DNA of 64,000 nucleotides from an uncultured Candidatus Rokubacteria bacterium (GTDB lineage: Bacteria; Methylomirabilota; Methylomirabilia; Rokubacteriales; CSP1-6): positions 1,376,001 through 1,440,000 of the forward strand of contig CAVYTA010000006.1 of the NCBI GenBank assembly GCA_963771355.1, in the 5' to 3' direction. Numbering within the stretch: position 1 is the first letter of the stretch; each line of letters begins with the position of its first letter. The position numbers were made by a program, and so were the translations under genes. Under the pieces are notes generated by a model. That model did no database searches. It was not told the origin of the DNA and saw nothing but the letters and a program-made list of their open reading frames with translations. Positions 45,957 through 55,229 of the stretch are shown piece by piece.

Positions 45957-47506
45957 TACATTACCGGCCCGATGATCCAGGGGGCGAACTCTTCCTCGCC
46001 GACTCCGCTTAGCTCACTCTTCGACCGCTTCCCGGACGCCACCGCCACGATCTCCTCGAAGATCTGACGACCCACCTCGGGGAGGGGCACGCCCTCGAGG
46101 ATGGTCCCGCAGTTGATGTCCATGTCCTCCGCCATGTGCCGGTACATGAGGGAGTTGGTGGCGAGCTTGATGGAGGGCACCGGCTTGCAGCCGAAGACGG
46201 AGCCGCGGCCGGTGGTGAAGCAGACGAGGTTGCACCCGCCCGCCACCAGCCCCGTGATGGAGACGGGATCGTGGCCCGGCGTGTCCATGAAGACGAAGCC
46301 GCGGGTGGAGATGGGCTCGCCGTACTGAAAGACGTCCTGCATCGGCGTGGTGCCGCCCTTGGTGACACCGCCCAGCGATTTCTCGAAGACGGTGGTGATG
46401 CCGCCCGCCTTGTTGCCGGGGGCGGGATTGTTATCCATGGCCTCGATGCCGCGGCAGTACCACTCCCACCACTTGTACCGGTCGATGAGCTTCTTGGCCA
46501 CACCCTCGTTGACCGCGCGCCGGATCAGCAGGTGCTCGGCGCCGTAGATCTCCGGGGTTTCGGCCAGCACGCCGGTGCCGCCGTAGCGCACGAGCTCGTC
46601 CACCGCCCAGCCCAGAGCGGGATTGGCGGTGATGCCGGAGTTGGAGTCGGAGCCCCCACAGTTGGTGGCGAGGCAGATCTCTGACACCGGCTGCCGGCTC
46701 CGCCGCGCCTCGTTGGCCTGCGGCAGGAGCCGGGCCACCTCGCGTGCCGCGATCTCCACCGTCTTCCGGATCCCGCCCGCCTCCTGGATGTTCACCACGA
46801 AGGGCTTGCGCTCCGGATGTCCCGGCGCGGCCATGCGCTGCTTGTCCACCATCACCGCGGCCTGGTTGACCTCGCAGCCGAGCCCGACCAGGATGTAGGC
46901 GGCCACGTTGGGATGCTTGGCGTAGCCGGCCAGCACCCGCTGCAGCGCCATATGGTCCTCGCCGAAGAGCTTGGTGCCGCAGCCGGACTTGTGCGTGATG
47001 GCGAGCACCCCGTCGATGTTCGGATAATCCTTCTGGACGTCACGGAACTTGTCCTTCACGAACTGGCTCACCGAGGCGGAGCAGTTGACGCCGGAGATGA
47101 TGGCCACGTAGTTCCGCGTGCCGACGCGGCCGTCCTCGCGCTGGTAGCCGTCGAAGTAGCGCATCTGCGCGGGCGGATAATAATCCACCGGCCGCACGTC
47201 CACGCCCACCTCGTAGCGGTCGGCGGCAAGCTCGCCGATGCCCAGGTTCTGGGTGTGGACGTGGTCGCCCACCGCGATGGCCTCGGTGGCGAAGCCGATC
47301 ACCTGGCCATAGCGCCGCACCGTCTCCCCCGCCGCGCGCGCGTGCCGGGCCACCTTGTGGCCGGGGCGGATGTCCTGCCGCGCGGTGATGGCCACGCCCC
47401 CCGTGTCCGCGAGCACGGTGCCGGCCTTGATCTCCTTCTTGGCGATGGCGACGTCGTCCTGCGGGTGAAGGACGATCGCGACGTCGGTGAGCGCGTGCGT
47501 GGCCAT
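45956..47506 (-). CDS. UxaA/GarD-family sugar-acid dehydratase (SAF + altronate dehydratase domains)
   Basis: LHPQDDVAIA, GHKVA, HVHTQN, RVGTRNY, HKSGCG, CGGSD..SGITANP, DTPGHD, FTTGRGS. Confidence 0.92.
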   Translation of the reverse strand: MATHALTDVAIVLHPQDDVAIAKKEIKAGTVLADTGGVAITARQDIRPGHKVARHARAAGETVRRYGQVIGFATEAIAVGDHVHTQNLGIGELAADRYEVGVDVRPVDYYPPAQMRYFDGYQREDGRVGTRNYVAIISGVNCSASVSQFVKDKFRDVQKDYPNIDGVLAITHKSGCGTKLFGEDHMALQRVLAGYAKHPNVAAYILVGLGCEVNQAAVMVDKQRMAAPGHPERKPFVVNIQEAGGIRKTVEIAAREVARLLPQANEARRSRQPVSEICLATNCGGSDSNSGITANPALGWAVDELVRYGGTGVLAETPEIYGAEHLLIRRAVNEGVAKKLIDRYKWWEWYCRGIEAMDNNPAPGNKAGGITTVFEKSLGGVTKGGTTPMQDVFQYGEPISTRGFVFMDTPGHDPVSITGLVAGGCNLVCFTTGRGSVFGCKPVPSIKLATNSLMYRHMAEDMDINCGTILEGVPLPEVGRQIFEEIVAVASGKRSKSELSGVGEEEFAPWIIGPVM

Positions 47507-47630
47507 GGGCTCCTCCTCGGGGATGGGCGGGCTCTTGAGTGGCGGCCCGGTGCCGCTACTCTACCGCGGGGCCGCCCCCTATTGCCAAGGCTTCACCGCG
47601 GGCGCTAGATTCGCCGCGGAGCCTGACCCC

Positions 47631-48863
47631 GTGACCTTACGCCCCCTCGCCACCGCCCTCCGCCATCCGGGACTTTGGCGGGGTCTCTGGGTGGGTCTCT
47701 GGCTCCTGGGTCTGTCCAGCGCGCCGGCCGCGCGCGCCCAGGAGCCCGAGCTTCGCTGCGGCCAGGAGCCGGGCTCGCGCTTCTTCTGGACGGAGTGGGG
47801 CTTCTGCGATCTGCCGCCGCATGGCCCGGAGAAGGCGCGCGGGCTCGTGATCTGGAACCACGGTATCGCGGGCACCGCGGAGCAGTACAAGGCGGCGCCC
47901 GCGCTGGCGCTGCGGCTCCTCCATTCCCGCGGCTGGGACATCCTCAAGCTCAACCGGAACAATCTCGGCGAGACCCGCGATCTCTCGCTCGCGCGGGCCG
48001 CCGAGCGCAACGCGGCGGAGATCCGCACCCAGCTTGCCCGGGGCTATCGCCGCGTGGTGCTGGCCGGCCAGTCCTTCGGCGGGTACATCGCCCTGGAGAC
48101 GGCGGCGGGATCGCGCGACGTCTTCGGCGTGGTGGCGATGGCTCCCGGGGTGACGGCGCGCGGTGGGGTGGACCGGCTCGACCCGAGCATCACCGAGCGG
48201 CTGATCGCGGAGGTCAAGGCGCGCCGCCTCGCCTTGGTCCTTCCCCAGGGGGACGCCCTCTTCGACAACCGGGTCCGCGGCCCGGGGGTGCTGCGGGCAC
48301 TGGCCGGCCGGCCGGCGCCTTATCTCCTGATTGACGAGACGGCCACCGCCGTCACCGGCCATGGCGGCGGCCTCGGCGGCCGCTTCGCGCTACGCTACGG
48401 GCACTGCCTGGCCGACTTCCTCTCCGCCGCCGACGCGCCGCCGCCCGGCCGCATCGTCTGCTCCGGCGGCCGCGAGGCCGCCGCCGCGCGCGACCTGCTC
48501 CTGACTCCGTGGCCCGCGGGCGCGCCGCCCACGCGCGACGGCGACGCGCCGGCCGCCTTCCCGCCACCTCCCGGGGGATTCTGGTACGGGCTCGTGGGGG
48601 AGACGGTGGTGGTGGCCATCGTGCTGCGAGGGGAGGGCGATGCCCTGCGCGTGCTCTATCGCGCGGCGAGCCCGAACGTGAGCGGCGGAGTGCATCCCGC
48701 GCGGTGGCAAGGCGACGAGCTCCGCGCCACGCTGGGCGAAGGAAGCGTCCCCTCCATCGCGCTCCGGCGCGCGCCGGGAAACGCGCTGGAGCTCCACTGG
48801 ACCTCCGCCGACGGCGGACGCACGCTTCGCACCACGCTCTATCCCGCGGGCGATCTCGACTAG
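47631..48863 (+). CDS. Exported alpha/beta-hydrolase-fold protein; start approximate
   Basis: Signal peptide, VIWNHG, LAGQSFGG nucleophile elbow, GHGG. Confidence 0.7.
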   Translation: MTLRPLATALRHPGLWRGLWVGLWLLGLSSAPAARAQEPELRCGQEPGSRFFWTEWGFCDLPPHGPEKARGLVIWNHGIAGTAEQYKAAPALALRLLHSRGWDILKLNRNNLGETRDLSLARAAERNAAEIRTQLARGYRRVVLAGQSFGGYIALETAAGSRDVFGVVAMAPGVTARGGVDRLDPSITERLIAEVKARRLALVLPQGDALFDNRVRGPGVLRALAGRPAPYLLIDETATAVTGHGGGLGGRFALRYGHCLADFLSAADAPPPGRIVCSGGREAAAARDLLLTPWPAGAPPTRDGDAPAAFPPPPGGFWYGLVGETVVVAIVLRGEGDALRVLYRAASPNVSGGVHPARWQGDELRATLGEGSVPSIALRRAPGNALELHWTSADGGRTLRTTLYPAGDLD

Positions 48864-48871
48864 GGCCATAT

Positions 48872-48900
48872 TTGACCGGGCCCTTGCCCCGCCGTACACT
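48872..48900 (+). promoter_or_regulatory. Sigma70 promoter of the following hydrolase
   Basis: TTGACC-N17-TACACT, ending 10 nt before ATG 48911. Confidence 0.6.
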
Positions 48901-48910
48901 CGCCCTCGCC

Positions 48911-49762
48911 ATGACACCCAATACTGAGCCCCGCGATCACACGCTCACGCTGCGCGGCATCCGCTTCCACTACGTCGAGTGGGGCGATGCCGCCGGCCGT
49001 CCGCTCGTTCTCCTCCACGGCATCACCGGCCATGCCCGCACCTGGGATCACCTGGCCGCTTCGCTCGGCCCCACCTGGCGCGTGCTCGCCCTGGACCAGC
49101 GCGGCCACGGGGACTCCGAGCCGGCGCCCGATCGGGACTACGGCGTGGGCGCCATGGCCGAGGACCTCGCCGCCTTCGTGGACGCGCTGCGCCTCGACCG
49201 CCTCACTCTGCTCGGGCTCTCCATGGGCGGGCGCGTGTCCATGGCCTATGCCGCCGCGCATCCCGCGCGGCTCGAGCGGCTCGTGATCGTGGACATCGCG
49301 CCCGACATCCATCCCCCCGGCATGGCGCGCATCCGGACCATGATGGCCAATGCCCCGGAGGCCATCGAGTCGGAGGAGTGGGCGGTGGAGACGGCGGCCG
49401 CGGCCAATCCGCGCGCCGACCTCGGCGAGCTGCGCCACCGCATCAAGCACGCGATCCGGCGCGCGCCCGACGGGGTGCTGACCTGGAAGTACGACCGCGA
49501 GCTGCGCGAGATGATGCGGCGGGGCGGGCGGCGCGAGACCCTCGACCTCTGGGCCTGCCTGCCGCGCATCACCTGCCCCACCTTGCTCATCCGCGGCGCC
49601 GAGAGTGACGTGTACTCGCCCGAGCTCGCGCAGCGCATGCTCGCCGCGCTGCCCGACGGCCGCGTGGTCGAGGTGCCGGGCGCCGGGCATACCGTGCCGG
49701 GCGACCGACCCGAGCAATTCGCCGACCTCGTGCGGCGCTTCGTGGGCGACGGCGGCCGCTAG
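48911..49762 (+). CDS. Alpha/beta hydrolase (Abhydrolase_1/6)
   Basis: LLHG, DQRGHGDS, GLSMGG, RGAESD, AGH. Confidence 0.9.
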   Translation: MTPNTEPRDHTLTLRGIRFHYVEWGDAAGRPLVLLHGITGHARTWDHLAASLGPTWRVLALDQRGHGDSEPAPDRDYGVGAMAEDLAAFVDALRLDRLTLLGLSMGGRVSMAYAAAHPARLERLVIVDIAPDIHPPGMARIRTMMANAPEAIESEEWAVETAAAANPRADLGELRHRIKHAIRRAPDGVLTWKYDRELREMMRRGGRRETLDLWACLPRITCPTLLIRGAESDVYSPELAQRMLAALPDGRVVEVPGAGHTVPGDRPEQFADLVRRFVGDGGR

Positions 49763-49820
49763 CTCCCGCTGACCCGGGAGCGAAGCACGGGTCGTCCAGG
49801 GCGGTGGGGCCGCCCGCGCG

Positions 49821-50462
49821 TCAGCGGCCGCGTAGTTTCCGCGCCGCCTCCGCCCGCAGGCGCTGCATCGCGTCCGTCTCCTGATCGGAGTAGCGCTCCT
49901 CTTTCCACGGGTCCGCGTGCATGTGGTAGCCGTTCAGCTCCCAGAAGCCGGGCGCGTTGACGTCGAGGAACTCGAAGGCCCGGAGCCACTTCGCGCTCTT
50001 CCAGAAGTAGAGCTTGGGCACCACCAGCCGCAGGGGTCCCCCGTGGTCCGGGGTGAGGTCCTGGCCATCGTGACGGAGGGCGAGGAGCACGTCGTCGTCC
50101 ACCAGCTCGGCGAGGGGGAGATTGGTGGTGTAGTCGGGATCGGCGTGGATGCGGACGAAGCGCGCCTCAGGCTTCACGCGCACCCGCCGCATGATCTCCC
50201 CGATGGGCACCCCCTCGAAGCGGTTGTCGAGGCGCGACCATCGCGTCACGCAGTGGATGTCGCAGCGCATCTCCGCGCGCGGCAGGGCCCGGAACTCGTC
50301 CCAGGACCAGGAGACTTCCGCCTCCACGAGGCCGAAGCATCGGAAGCTCCACTTCTTCGGGTCGAAGCGGGGCGTCTGCCCATAGGTGAGCACCGGCCAC
50401 TTCTCGGTGAGCACCTGGCCCGGGGGCACGCGGTGCGCCAGCTCGGGCGGAGGCTTCCTCAC
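49821..50462 (-). CDS. Sulfite oxidase-like molybdopterin oxidoreductase (YuiH-like)
   Basis: PPGQ...KWPVL, DIHCVTRWS, HGGPLRLVVP.LYFWKSAKW, GFWE.NGYH..DPW.EER. Confidence 0.9.
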   Translation of the reverse strand: MRKPPPELAHRVPPGQVLTEKWPVLTYGQTPRFDPKKWSFRCFGLVEAEVSWSWDEFRALPRAEMRCDIHCVTRWSRLDNRFEGVPIGEIMRRVRVKPEARFVRIHADPDYTTNLPLAELVDDDVLLALRHDGQDLTPDHGGPLRLVVPKLYFWKSAKWLRAFEFLDVNAPGFWELNGYHMHADPWKEERYSDQETDAMQRLRAEAARKLRGR

Positions 50463-50746
50463 TCGCGGATCCAGGACTCGGCCAGCGGGATGTCGGGGAC
50501 GCGGCGCTTGCGCGCGCGGTCACGGTCGGGAGGCGCGGGAGACACAGGCGCCGGGCCGCCCGCGGGCGCCACCCGCAGCAGCGCCTCCACCTCGGCGCGC
50601 CGGTACAGGCGCTGGCGCTTGATCCCCTGCCGGTAGCTCCGGATGACGCCGCGGCTCACATAGGCGTAGAGCGACGCCGGCTTGATACCGAGCCGGGCCG
50701 CCGCCTCCTCCACGGTCAGGAACTCATCGCCGTCGAGCACGATCAT
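50459..50746 (-). CDS. Stand-alone excisionase/BldC-like (HTH_17, MerR-type) DNA-binding protein
   Basis: FLTVEEAAARLGIKPASLYAYVSRGVI.S....RLYRRAEVEAL; GTGA-coupled to the oxidoreductase. Confidence 0.8.
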   Translation of the reverse strand: MIVLDGDEFLTVEEAAARLGIKPASLYAYVSRGVIRSYRQGIKRQRLYRRAEVEALLRVAPAGGPAPVSPAPPDRDRARKRRVPDIPLAESWIRE

Positions 50747-50877
50747 CGCGCCTCCATCGTACAGGCCAGTCCGCCGGCGGGCAGCCGATTCAATGGGTGT
50801 CTACTTGAATCAATATAAATCATGTATAGTCAATCTGTACCGAAACCGGCTCGGCAACCTACGAGGAGGGACCACCC

Positions 50878-52074
50878 ATGGTGACGGCGACGCGGGACGA
50901 CTGGAAGGCGGGCCTGGAAGACGTAGTGGCGGCACGGTCGGCGATCTGCGCGGTGGACGGCACGGCGGGGCGCCTGTACTACCGGGGCTACGAGATCGGC
51001 GACCTCGCCGGGCGCGTCTCGTTCGAGGAGGTCACCCAGCTCCTCTGGGAGGGCGAGCTGCCCGAGCCCGCCTCTGGCCGCGCCTTCGCCGCCCTCCTCG
51101 CGGAGGCGCGCGGCCTGCCCGCCGAGGTGGCGGCGCTGCTCCATACCCTGCCCCGCGACTGCCACCCCCTGGACGCGCTCCGCACCGCGATCTCCCTGGC
51201 CGCCATCCGCGATCCCGACGTCCGGTCCAGCGACCCCGCCGCCAACCACCGCAAAGCGATCCGGTTGATGGCGCTGGTGCCGGAGGCGGTGGCGGCGTGG
51301 CACCGCATCCGGTCGGGTCGCGAGCCGGTGGCGGGCCCCCGCGACGGCGCGCACGCCGCCCACTTCCTCCACCTCCTGGAGGGCCGGGCGCCGACGGCCG
51401 AGGTGGCGCGCGTCCTGGACGTCATCCTCACCCTCCACGCCGACCACGAGCTCAACGCCTCCACCTTCGCGGCGCGCGTGGCGGTGGCCACGCTCGCCGA
51501 TCTCCATGCCGCCGTGGTCGCCGCCATTTCGACCCTCAAGGGTCCCCGCCACGGGGGGGCCAACGACGACGTGCTCGCCATGCTCCACGAGATCGGCGAC
51601 CCCACGCGCGCCGAGGCGTACGTCGAGGCACGCATCGGCGGGCGCGGCCGCCTCTCCCGGGCCGAGCGCGCCGACCCCCGGGCACGCATGCCCGGCTTCG
51701 GCCACCGCGTCTACAAGGTGGATGACGCGCGGGCGCGCGTCCTGCGCGGCATGGCCCGCGACATGGCCGAGGCCACCGGACGCACGCAGCTCTTCGAGGT
51801 CGCGGAGGCCGTGTACGCGGCGGTGACCTCCCGCACCGGGCTCCCCGTGAACGTGGACTTCTTCTCCGCGGTGGTGTACGACGCCCTCGGCATCCCGCCC
51901 GACTTCTGCACCTCGATCTTCGCCACCGGCCGCGTGGCCGGCTGGTGCGCCCACGCGCTCGAGCAGTTCGCCGACAACCGCCTCATCCGGCCGCGCGCCC
52001 ACTTCATCGGGCCGTCCCCCCGTCCCCTCTCCCGGCCGCTGCCACCGGTCTCTCCGCCTCCCCGGCCGCGCTGA
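50878..52074 (+). CDS. Citrate / 2-methylcitrate synthase
   Basis: GLEDVVA, G.LYYRGY, ADHELNASTF, GPRHGGAN, GFGHRVYK, NVDF, NRLIRP. Confidence 0.92.
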   Translation: MVTATRDDWKAGLEDVVAARSAICAVDGTAGRLYYRGYEIGDLAGRVSFEEVTQLLWEGELPEPASGRAFAALLAEARGLPAEVAALLHTLPRDCHPLDALRTAISLAAIRDPDVRSSDPAANHRKAIRLMALVPEAVAAWHRIRSGREPVAGPRDGAHAAHFLHLLEGRAPTAEVARVLDVILTLHADHELNASTFAARVAVATLADLHAAVVAAISTLKGPRHGGANDDVLAMLHEIGDPTRAEAYVEARIGGRGRLSRAERADPRARMPGFGHRVYKVDDARARVLRGMARDMAEATGRTQLFEVAEAVYAAVTSRTGLPVNVDFFSAVVYDALGIPPDFCTSIFATGRVAGWCAHALEQFADNRLIRPRAHFIGPSPRPLSRPLPPVSPPPRPR

Positions 52075-52160
52075 TCCCGCCCGCCGATCCTTGGCCCGCC
52101 CCGCGGAGCCCCCCTATAATGGGGACCAGAGGGCGGGCCGCCCCGCAGGAAGGACGGAGG

Positions 52161-52922
52161 ATGAGCGACGACAGGAAGCTCGCGATGTTCATCGACTTCG
52201 AGAACATCGTGCGCGGGGTCAAGGAAGCGCAGTACAAGCAGTTCGAGATCAAGCTGGTGCTGGAGCGGCTCGTCGAGAAGGGCAAGATCATGGTGAAGCG
52301 GGCCTACGCGGACTGGAACCGCTACACCGAGTACAAGCGCCCCTTCCACGAGCACGCCATCGAGCTCATCGACGTCCCCCAGAGCCGGTATAGCGGCAAG
52401 AACTCGGCGGACATCCGGATGGTGGTGGACGCCATGGACCTCGCCTACGCCAAGCAGTACATGGACACCTTCGCGCTGGTCTCGGGCGACTCCGACTTCT
52501 CTCCCTTGGTCTCGAAGCTACGGGAGAATGATAGGTATGTGATAGGGCTCGGGGTGAAGTCGTCCTCCTCCGAGCTGCTCGTGGGCAACTGCGATGAGTT
52601 CATCTTCTACGAGGACCTCATCCGCGAATCCCGGAAGACCACCGCGCTCCGCGGGCTCCCGGAGAAGAAAGCCGAGGCCTTCGCCCAGCTCATCGAGGCG
52701 ATCCTCGCGCTGCAGCGCGAGAACAAGGACACCCTCTGGGGTTCCATGGTCAAGCAGACCATGATCCGGAAGAACCCGGCCTTCAACGAGACGTACTACG
52801 GGTACTCGACCTTCTCCAAGCTCCTCGAGGAGGCCGAGAAGCAGAAGATCCTCACTCTCGAGCGCGACGCGAAGAGCGGCACGTACATAATTACCTCCCT
52901 CGAGGAGGGCCGCGCCGCCTAG
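52161..52922 (+). CDS. NYN-domain (LabA/DUF88) protein with C-terminal OST-HTH/LOTUS domain
   Basis: MFIDFEN, KRAYADW, GKNSADIRMVVDA, SGDSDFSPL, CDEFIFY, FNETYYGYSTFSKLL. Confidence 0.92.
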   Translation: MSDDRKLAMFIDFENIVRGVKEAQYKQFEIKLVLERLVEKGKIMVKRAYADWNRYTEYKRPFHEHAIELIDVPQSRYSGKNSADIRMVVDAMDLAYAKQYMDTFALVSGDSDFSPLVSKLRENDRYVIGLGVKSSSSELLVGNCDEFIFYEDLIRESRKTTALRGLPEKKAEAFAQLIEAILALQRENKDTLWGSMVKQTMIRKNPAFNETYYGYSTFSKLLEEAEKQKILTLERDAKSGTYIITSLEEGRAA

Positions 52923-53116
52923 CCCCGGCGGGGCGTCCGGCCGCGATGCGTGGCGGCCGATTTTTGCTCCGCGCGCCCGTCGATCTTGCCTCACCTCGGG
53001 GTCTCGCGTATTGTGAACTCACCCCTGAAGCTACCCTATGGTGCTGCGGTTGAACCGGATGCATTCGATCGCTGACTCAGATAACGAGACGCCGGATCAC
53101 GAGACGAAGGAGAAGC

Positions 53117-53722
53117 GTGACGCGAACGGCAAGCCTGGCCGCCCTGGCGCTGGCCCTCTGGGTGAGCGCGTGCTCCGGCCAGACGGATCGAACCACGGCG
53201 GGCTCCATCACGGTGGATCCCGTGATGACCAAGGGCCCCGCGGAGGCCGTCGTCACCATCGTCGAGTTCTCGGACTACCAGTGACCCTTCTGCAAGCGAG
53301 CCCAGCAGGTGCTGGGCCAGGTCATGGCGGAATTCCCGGGTCAGGTGCGCCTGGTCTTCAAGGACTTCCCGCTCGACTTCCACGACCGCGCCCGGCCGGC
53401 GGCGCGGGCGGCGCGCTGCGCGGGCGAGGCGGGACGCTTCTGGGAGTACCACGACCTGCTCTTCGTCGGCCAGTCAGACTTGAGCCAGGAGCGCCTGCTC
53501 CAGTACGCGGACCAGGTGGGCATGGGCCGCGAGACCTTCGCGCGATGCCTGGACGGCGAGCGCTTCCAGACGGAAGTGGAGAAGGACCTGGACGAGGGCC
53601 GCGCGCTCGGGGTGACCGGAACGCCGACCTTCTTCATCAACGGCCGCCGGCTGGTGGGCGCGCATCCGGTCGAAACCTTCCGCGAGGTCGTGCGCGAGGC
53701 TCTGGAATCTGCCCGGCGCTAG
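53117..53722 (+). CDS. DsbA/BdbD-like thioredoxin-fold lipoprotein, selenoprotein (201 aa; Sec at codon 56, UGA at 53282-53284)
   Basis: AAGGAG RBS + GTG; lipobox VSAC; KGPAEAVVTIVEFSDYQ-U-PFC continues in frame into ORF 53309..53722 (FKDFPL..H, GVTGTPTFFING); hairpin follows. Confidence 0.88.
53300..53317 (+). promoter_or_regulatory. Putative SECIS hairpin of the DsbA-like gene
   Basis: GCCCAGC-AGGU-GCUGGGC perfect 7-bp stem starting 15 nt after the UGA. Confidence 0.7.
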
Positions 53723-53758
53723 CGTCGGGAGAACCGTACCTGGTCGGGAGAGCGTGAG

Positions 53759-54091
53759 ATGAGCGAGGCAATGACGAGTCACTTCGTGAGCACCGCGGAC
53801 GTGCCGTGGGTGGAGCGACGCCCGGGCGTGTTCTGGAAGACAGTATGGGAAGACCCGGATGGCCGGCACAAGGCCATCCTCATGCGGTACGCGCCGGGGG
53901 CCGTCATTCCCCGGCATCGCCACCTCGGGGACGAGCAGATCTACGTGCTCGAGGGCAGCGTCGCCGACGAAACCGGAGTATGCACCGCAGGCAACTATGC
54001 CCGGCGCCCGCCGGGCTGCGTCCACAGCGTCCGGAGCGAGACGGGTGCGCTCGTCTTCGCCGTGACGTCGGGACCCACGGAGGCCGTCTGA
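53759..54091 (+). CDS. Cupin-domain protein (ChrR-like, Cupin_7)
   Basis: RYAPGAVIPRHRHLGDEQIYVLEGS, RPPGCVHS. Confidence 0.85.
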   Translation: MSEAMTSHFVSTADVPWVERRPGVFWKTVWEDPDGRHKAILMRYAPGAVIPRHRHLGDEQIYVLEGSVADETGVCTAGNYARRPPGCVHSVRSETGALVFAVTSGPTEAV

Positions 54092-54092
54092 G

Positions 54093-54329
54093 ATGGAGCG
54101 TCGCGTGAACCACGTCCGCAAAGCGCTGGGAATGAGAATTCGCGGGCTCCGCAAGGAGCGCGGCTGGAGTCAGGAAGCGCTGGGCGAACGCTCCGCGTTG
54201 TCCGGCAAGTTCATCGGCGAGGTCGAGCGCGGCGAGAAGTCGATCTCGGTGGACAGTCTCTACCGCGTCTCGGTCGCGCTGAAGATCCAGTTGCGCAAGC
54301 TCATCGACCTGCCCGCGCGCCCGCAGTAG
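54093..54329 (+). CDS. XRE-family HTH transcriptional regulator
   Basis: LGMRIRGLRKERGWSQEALGERSAL...FIGEVERGEK.IS. Confidence 0.88.
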   Translation: MERRVNHVRKALGMRIRGLRKERGWSQEALGERSALSGKFIGEVERGEKSISVDSLYRVSVALKIQLRKLIDLPARPQ

Positions 54330-54336
54330 GGGCGCG

Positions 54337-54825
54337 TCAGCGGTCCACGGGCCCGAGGTCGAGGGCATCGGTGAGGGTGCCGAGCAGGAGGGCGAGGTTG
54401 GCCCGCACCCCGTCGTCGTAGTCCGCCGCCGCCCCGCCGCCTCCGTAGAGCGTGGCGAGAATGTGGGTGACCAGGCTCGGGTGCGCCGCGCCGTCCATCG
54501 CGCGCACCACGGTGCCGGGATCGGCCGTTTCCTGCCCGTCCAGCCAGGCCCGGGTGGCCGCGTAGGCGTCGGTGATGCGCGCCTCCGCCAGCTCCGGGAA
54601 CGGCCGCCCCAGGCTCCGCTCCAGCACCTTGAAGAGCAGGAAGCACAGCCCGAGGCCCGCGCGCTGGACGGTCTCGTTGGCGCCCCGAGTGACCGCGTGG
54701 GAGAAGGCGACGACGTGCGGCTGTTGCGCGAGGAAGGCCTGGGCTTCCACCGCCACCCGTTCGGGCGCGTAGCCCGTCATCTCGCGCCACACCTCGTCGA
54801 CGAGCTCCGGGTCGATTCCGCGCAA
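54337..54825 (-). CDS. Hypothetical protein; probable TTG start
   Basis: Protein-like helical sequence IDPELVDEVWREM...QPHVVAF...LGLCFLLFKVLE; AAGGAG just upstream. Confidence 0.6.
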   Translation of the reverse strand: MRGIDPELVDEVWREMTGYAPERVAVEAQAFLAQQPHVVAFSHAVTRGANETVQRAGLGLCFLLFKVLERSLGRPFPELAEARITDAYAATRAWLDGQETADPGTVVRAMDGAAHPSLVTHILATLYGGGGAAADYDDGVRANLALLLGTLTDALDLGPVDR

Positions 54826-54915
54826 AACTCCTTGCCCCGCTGGGACGTCTCCGGTAAGGTGAACCGCTGGAATTCTAGCACGCAGCCGCGGGGAGCCCCC
54901 GGGAGCGAAAGGCAG

Positions 54916-55200
54916 ATGACCGGAGAGCATGTCTGGGTGGCGGTAGGCTTTCTCGGGCAGACGCTCTTCTTCATGCGCTTCTTCTTCCAGTGGATCGCCT
55001 CCGAGAAGCGAAAGGAGAGCGTCATCCCGGTGGTGTTCTGGTACTTCTCCATCGGCGGCGGCCTCGTGCTCCTGATCTACGCCATCTACCGCCGTGACCC
55101 TGTCTTCATCGTCGGCCAGGGCTGCGGGCTCTTCGTCTACCTGCGCAATCTCTTCCTCATCCGCCAGAAGGAGCGCCGGCTCGCTGAAGCCGGCGCCTGA
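54916..55200 (+). CDS. Lipid-A-disaccharide synthase N-terminal (LAB_N) domain membrane protein
   Basis: GFLGQ.LF.MRF..QWIASEK..ESVIP..FWYFSI.GG..LL.YAI.R.DPVFI.GQ...VY.RNL. Confidence 0.9.
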   Translation: MTGEHVWVAVGFLGQTLFFMRFFFQWIASEKRKESVIPVVFWYFSIGGGLVLLIYAIYRRDPVFIVGQGCGLFVYLRNLFLIRQKERRLAEAGA

Positions 55201-55229
55201 TCCCGGCGGGGAGCCTCGGAGGACCATTC

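Noticed and set aside
50459..50746. Prophage or ICE excisionase marking a mobile element (also the XRE gene at 54093)
   Set aside because: No integrase, att-like repeats, tRNA target or compositional shift; neighbours are metabolic genes
52161..52922. Anti-phage or toxin role for the NYN protein
   Set aside because: Typical widespread LabA/DUF88-LOTUS architecture with no antitoxin or defence-island context
53309..53722. Stand-alone 137-aa thioredoxin ORF or a pseudogene
   Set aside because: It lacks the active site and signal peptide; the in-frame upstream segment and hairpin favour Sec read-through
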